DNA of 64,000 nucleotides, taken from the human T2T-CHM13v2.0 reference genome, Homo sapiens. The stretch is from NCBI RefSeq assembly GCF_009914755.1, contig NC_060938.1. The stretch is one strand, 5' to 3'. Each line of letters begins with the position of its first letter. The first letter of the stretch is position 1. Of the stretch, positions 60,098 through 64,000 are shown one piece after another. Made by a program: the position numbers and the translations under genes. Under the pieces are notes generated by a model. It did not search any database, had not been told where the DNA came from, and saw only the letters and a list, made by a program, of their open reading frames with translations.

Positions 60098-60324
60098 CAT
60101 GTAGAGCGCATGAAGTACAGGACAATAAAGCTTCCTACACATATCACCAGGAGGATCTCTTTGAAAGATTCACTGCAGGACTACCAGAGAGAATAATTTG
60201 TCTGAAGCATCATGTGTTGAAACAACAGAAGTCTATTCACCTGTGCACTAACTAGAAACAGAGTTACAATGTTTTCAATTCTTTGAGCTCCAGGACTCCA
60301 GGGAAGTGAGTTGAAAATCTGAAA
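60098..60324 (+). other. FUT8: FUT8 5'UTR part of the first coding exon (whole exon 60098-60527, 430 nt)
   Basis: Acceptor tttcttactctttccacag|CATGTAG ending at 60097; sequence matches my recollection of the FUT8 mRNA leader. Confidence 0.9.
60099..60286 (+). promoter_or_regulatory. Four uORFs: 60099-60104 (M*), 60110-60196 (28 aa), 60212-60220 (MC*), 60269-60286 (MFSIL*)
   Basis: Read directly from the exon sequence upstream of the main ATG; function not shown. Confidence 0.75.
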
Positions 60325-60527
60325 ATGCGGCCATGGACTGGTTCCTGGCGTTGGATTATGCTCATTCTTTTTGCCTGGGGGACCTTGCTGTTTTATATAG
60401 GTGGTCACTTGGTACGAGATAATGACCATCCTGATCACTCTAGCCGAGAACTGTCCAAGATTCTGGCAAAGCTTGAACGCTTAAAACAGCAGAATGAAGA
60501 CTTGAGGCGAATGGCCGAATCTCTCCG
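60325..60527 (+). CDS. FUT8: FUT8 first coding exon, codons 1-68 (type II Golgi membrane protein: cytosolic tail, TM helix, start of stem/coiled coil); CDS continues beyond window
   Basis: Translation [68 protein letters not shown] matches the human FUT8 N-terminus; ATG has A at -3 (gaaaATG); donor CG|gtaggt after 60527 (phase 2). Confidence 0.98.
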
Positions 60528-60685
60528 GTAGGTCCTAAAATACTGAACGAAGAATGATGAAATATTGTACTTTGTTTTTAGGTGTAGGGCTTCATTCCGC
60601 TAGGAAAAATAGTTAATTATTTTTATAACCTGCTGTCTTTGCCACAACTTAGCATGACAGTTTTCTATCTCTGTGTATTTAATAC

Positions 60686-60890
60686 AGAACAAGCTTGTCC
60701 AACCCACAGCCCATGGGCCACAGGTGACCCAGAACAGCTTTGAATGGGGCCCAGCACAAATTTGTAAACTTTCTTAAAACATTCTGAGATTTTTTTATTT
60801 TTTTTTAAGCTCATCAGCTATCATTAGTGTTAGTGTACTTTATATGTGCCCCAAGACAATTTTTCTTCCAGTGTGGCCCAGGGAAACCCC
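60686..60890. mobile_element. MER30 relic
   Basis: aacaagcttgtccaaccc...gctcatcagctatcattagtgttagtgt...gtggcccagggaa. Confidence 0.85.
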
Positions 60891-62019
60891 GATATAATTT
60901 CTCCATAGTGGCATCATTATTTTGCATATGCATTTTAATGTAGAAAAACTATGCCATTTCATTTATATACTTACATTTCATTTACAGTTATGTATTTAAA
61001 AAAATTGATATATTAAATCCAAACTATGTTTTAAACTCATGTATATTAAAAATTTTATATGAACTGTAACAAAGATTATAATAACTGGGAGGCTGAGTTA
61101 GTCTAACTAGAACTTATTAAAATGCAGAAACAAAAGTTTATCATTAAACAACTGGATCTGGAATGCGGAGAATGATTATCATTGCTATTTCTAGTCTGTA
61201 AAAAATGTGACATATATCTATTAGAAGGCATCAACTGTTTGAAAACCAAAGTCTCCTATATATTTTCAGGGAGCAAGTAAACATAATATTACATAGGCGA
61301 TCTCTGTATTTTTTTCCAAAGTTATTGAGGTAAAACATTACCTAGTATCTTATATGCGAAGATGATCATGTAGTACTCACTCTCTCAAACTAGAGAAGCT
61401 AGAAATGAAGATTTGAGAATCCTTACTCCAGAGGTGGTAATTGACCCTAAGGGAAGTGGTATAGAGAAAAAGAGCTGAAAGTTCATTTCTCTTTGAGAAA
61501 CACATAAATTAAGGAGTAGAAAGTGGAAACATCCAATTGTACAGAAAGCCTTTAGAATAGTTGGGGAAGAATAGTGGGACAGAGCTGTTACGGAAACTGA
61601 GGAACATTCTGTGAAGGAAGAATGTAGTTGGCAGTGTTAAATTACCCTTGATGCTATAGAGAGGATGCCCATGGTGCTCTCATTTTCTACTCTCACTGCC
61701 CTTCACTCTTTGTTTAGAACTCGGATTTTTCCCTTTGTCTAGTTTCATAACTTTTTCTTCATAATATTATTTGGGTCCTTTTATGTCCTTTGAAAGACAA
61801 TGCTACGTGTTAAGACAAAAATGAATGAAACATTATTCTTGTCATTTGTACCATTCAAGAAGATAGCAAGCAGTCAGGGATTAGAAAGTGGACAGAACTT
61901 CTTGAATTTGTCTATTATTTTCTTTCCTACTTGGGGTACTCAGGGAACATCATGGAGGAAGGTGATCTTTCAGTAGAGTCTTATTCATTCATTCTAAAGA
62001 TTGATAATTTAGGGGTTAG

Positions 62020-62270
62020 TAATAATAGCTGTCATTTATTACATGCCAGGTACTGTGCCAAGGACTTTGCATGGATCATCTCACTGAATTTCACACTATC
62101 TTTATGAGATGTTAGTACCATTTTTGTAACCATTTTACAGATTAACAATTATAGAGATGTTAAGTAATTTAATTTGCTGAAGGTCACACTTTTCACAAGT
62201 GGTAGAGCCTACTTTGAATCCCAGTAGTATGACTCCACAACCTAAACTCTGAATAACTGTATTGCCTTCC
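62020..62270 (-). mobile_element. MIR
   Basis: cattttacagat...aaggtcacac...tttgaatcccag core. Confidence 0.75.
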
Positions 62271-63289
62271 TGAGCAGAAAACAGAGAAATCAGTGACCTA
62301 AACATCTTAGGTATGAGATCACCAAGAATAGCTACTATTCTAGTTGATTTTGGAGTTTGCTTTGATTGTAATCAAATCTCCTTCTATATCATGGGAATTT
62401 TGCTCCTAAAAAGATTTTTCCCCTTAACAATTTAGACTTATAAATAATTGCTCACTTTCCTTATGGTTCCATCTTCAATACTGATATTTCAATTTGTTTA
62501 TTTCTGACTGCCAAATGTCTTGTTTTTGTTGCATGAAGGGAAAGCTTGCTTTAGTATGGGTTTTTCTTTCTGCAAAATAATCTTTAGGTCTATTAAGTCA
62601 CTTTCTTTATATTCTTATATGTTGAAATTAATTTCTCAACTACATTTAAATGTAGAGACTACTTTCAAGAGCTGAATCACCTAAGTCATGTGGTAATACC
62701 ATGTAATTACAGTCTGAAAACAGACTAAGCAAATAGGCCCATGTTTATATAAGGGAATATAATTTCAGGAAAATAGTTTATAGTTATTTTCCCTCAACCT
62801 CATTGGGCCCTTTCATTGACTTTACTGCTGGGGCCATTTGTATTTCTTCCAAAGGGATGTCGTTTTAGAGCCCTCTGGCATGAAAGGAAGAGCAATGGAG
62901 GTGCTACTAGCATTGGGATTTTTTTCCCCTTATAGTAATTAAGTTAATATTTTGTACTCAATTTGCTATGTCTTTTTCATATAAGAAAATGTGTTCACAA
63001 GTCAGACTACAAAAGATTAATTCAGATGTTTATAACTAGGTCGTTTCTTTGAGATAAGGCATATGGATTGGAGTTGGAAAGCAACACAAAAGCTTGAAAC
63101 TACAATTTTTTAGATTTTCTAGATTCAAGTCAATAATCTGAAAAGCCATTAACAAATCTTTCGGCTAGAATTTTCTGATTTTGTTGATAGTTTTAGAAAT
63201 TTAGGAAAATAATTTAAATATCGTATCTTGGAGGGATGCAAATGTAGAAGCACAATATATAGGAGGTTGCAGTGTATTTGTGTAAATCT

Positions 63290-63687
63290 GATCTATTGAT
63301 GAGTAATGTCTGTACATAAAATTCACTTCCTTTATCGTAGATGTCTGTGAGTTTTGGCAAATACAGTCACGTAACCATCACAAAAACTATAGATGAATTC
63401 TACCTCCCTCTAGAATTCTGTTGTTCCCTCTTATGGTCAAATTCTGTCCCGACCTCCTGTCCCTGGCACTTAACTGATCTGATTTCTGTCACACTTTTTT
63501 CCTGTTTCAGAATGTCATATAAATTGAATTACATAGTATGTAGCCTTTTGAGTCTGTCTTTTTTCACTTACTATAATGTTTTTGAGTTTCATCAATACTA
63601 TTGTCTGTATTAGTAGTTCATTCTTTTTTATTGCTGAGTAGTATTTTTATTCTTTTTAAATGTTGAGTAGTATTCCGTTATATTGAT
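63290..63687 (-). mobile_element. L1M (MC/ME) 3'UTR fragment
   Basis: ttcagaatgtcatataaattg...tttattgctgagtagtatt. Confidence 0.7.
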
Positions 63688-64000
63688 GTGTCTTAGCCCA
63701 TTTAGCATTGCTATCACAGAATACCTGACACTGGATAGTTTATAGAGAAAGAAGTTATTTGGCTCATGATTCTGGTGGCCAGAAAGTCCAAGATTGAACA
63801 GCTGCATCTGGTGAGGGCCTGAGGCTGCTTCAATTCATGGTGGGAAGTGGAAGGAGAGTAAGCGTGTATAAAGAGATCACATGATAAGAGAGGAAGCAAG
63901 ACAGAAACCGAGGAAGCCAGACTTTTTTAAACAACCTGCTCTTTTGGTAACTATTCCATTCCCATGAGAAGGAGAACTCAGTCATCTCTGAAGGAGGAGC
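63688..64000. mobile_element. MST(C)-like MaLR LTR, runs off window end
   Basis: tgtcttagcccattt...ggctcatgattctgg...gcatctggtgagggcct. Confidence 0.8.

Noticed and set aside
60181-60438. 85-aa antisense ORF over the FUT8 exon
   Set aside because: No recognisable homology; a chance open frame opposite a coding exon.

Overview
Primate (almost certainly human) intronic DNA from the FUT8 locus (alpha-1,6-fucosyltransferase, + strand). The only protein-coding host sequence is the 430-nt first coding exon (60098-60527): 227 nt of 5'UTR with four uORFs, then codons 1-68 (cytosolic tail, TM helix, start of stem). The preceding ~60 kb is intron dominated by transposable elements: a full-length L1PA5-like element, a near full-length older L1PA, a long L1MA2-like element, about 20 Alu-family copies, LTR22/ERV1/MaLR/ERVL LTRs and DNA transposon relics. 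Almost all other ORFs in the track are repeat-derived. I see no new multi-gene system. The most notable observations: (1) a perfect 62-bp-arm palindrome next to a (CT)n tract; (2) back-splicing or intron read-through of the FUT8 exon both give a clean 68-69 aa TM+stem peptide; (3) an LTR22 that keeps a tRNA-Met PBS inside its TSD; (4) a twin-priming-type inverted Alu; (5) a snapback plus 120-bp templated insertion; (6) an L1 antisense promoter/ORF0 pointing at the FUT8 coding exon. Repeat subfamily names are assigned by eye from remembered consensus sequences, and old-repeat boundaries are approximate.
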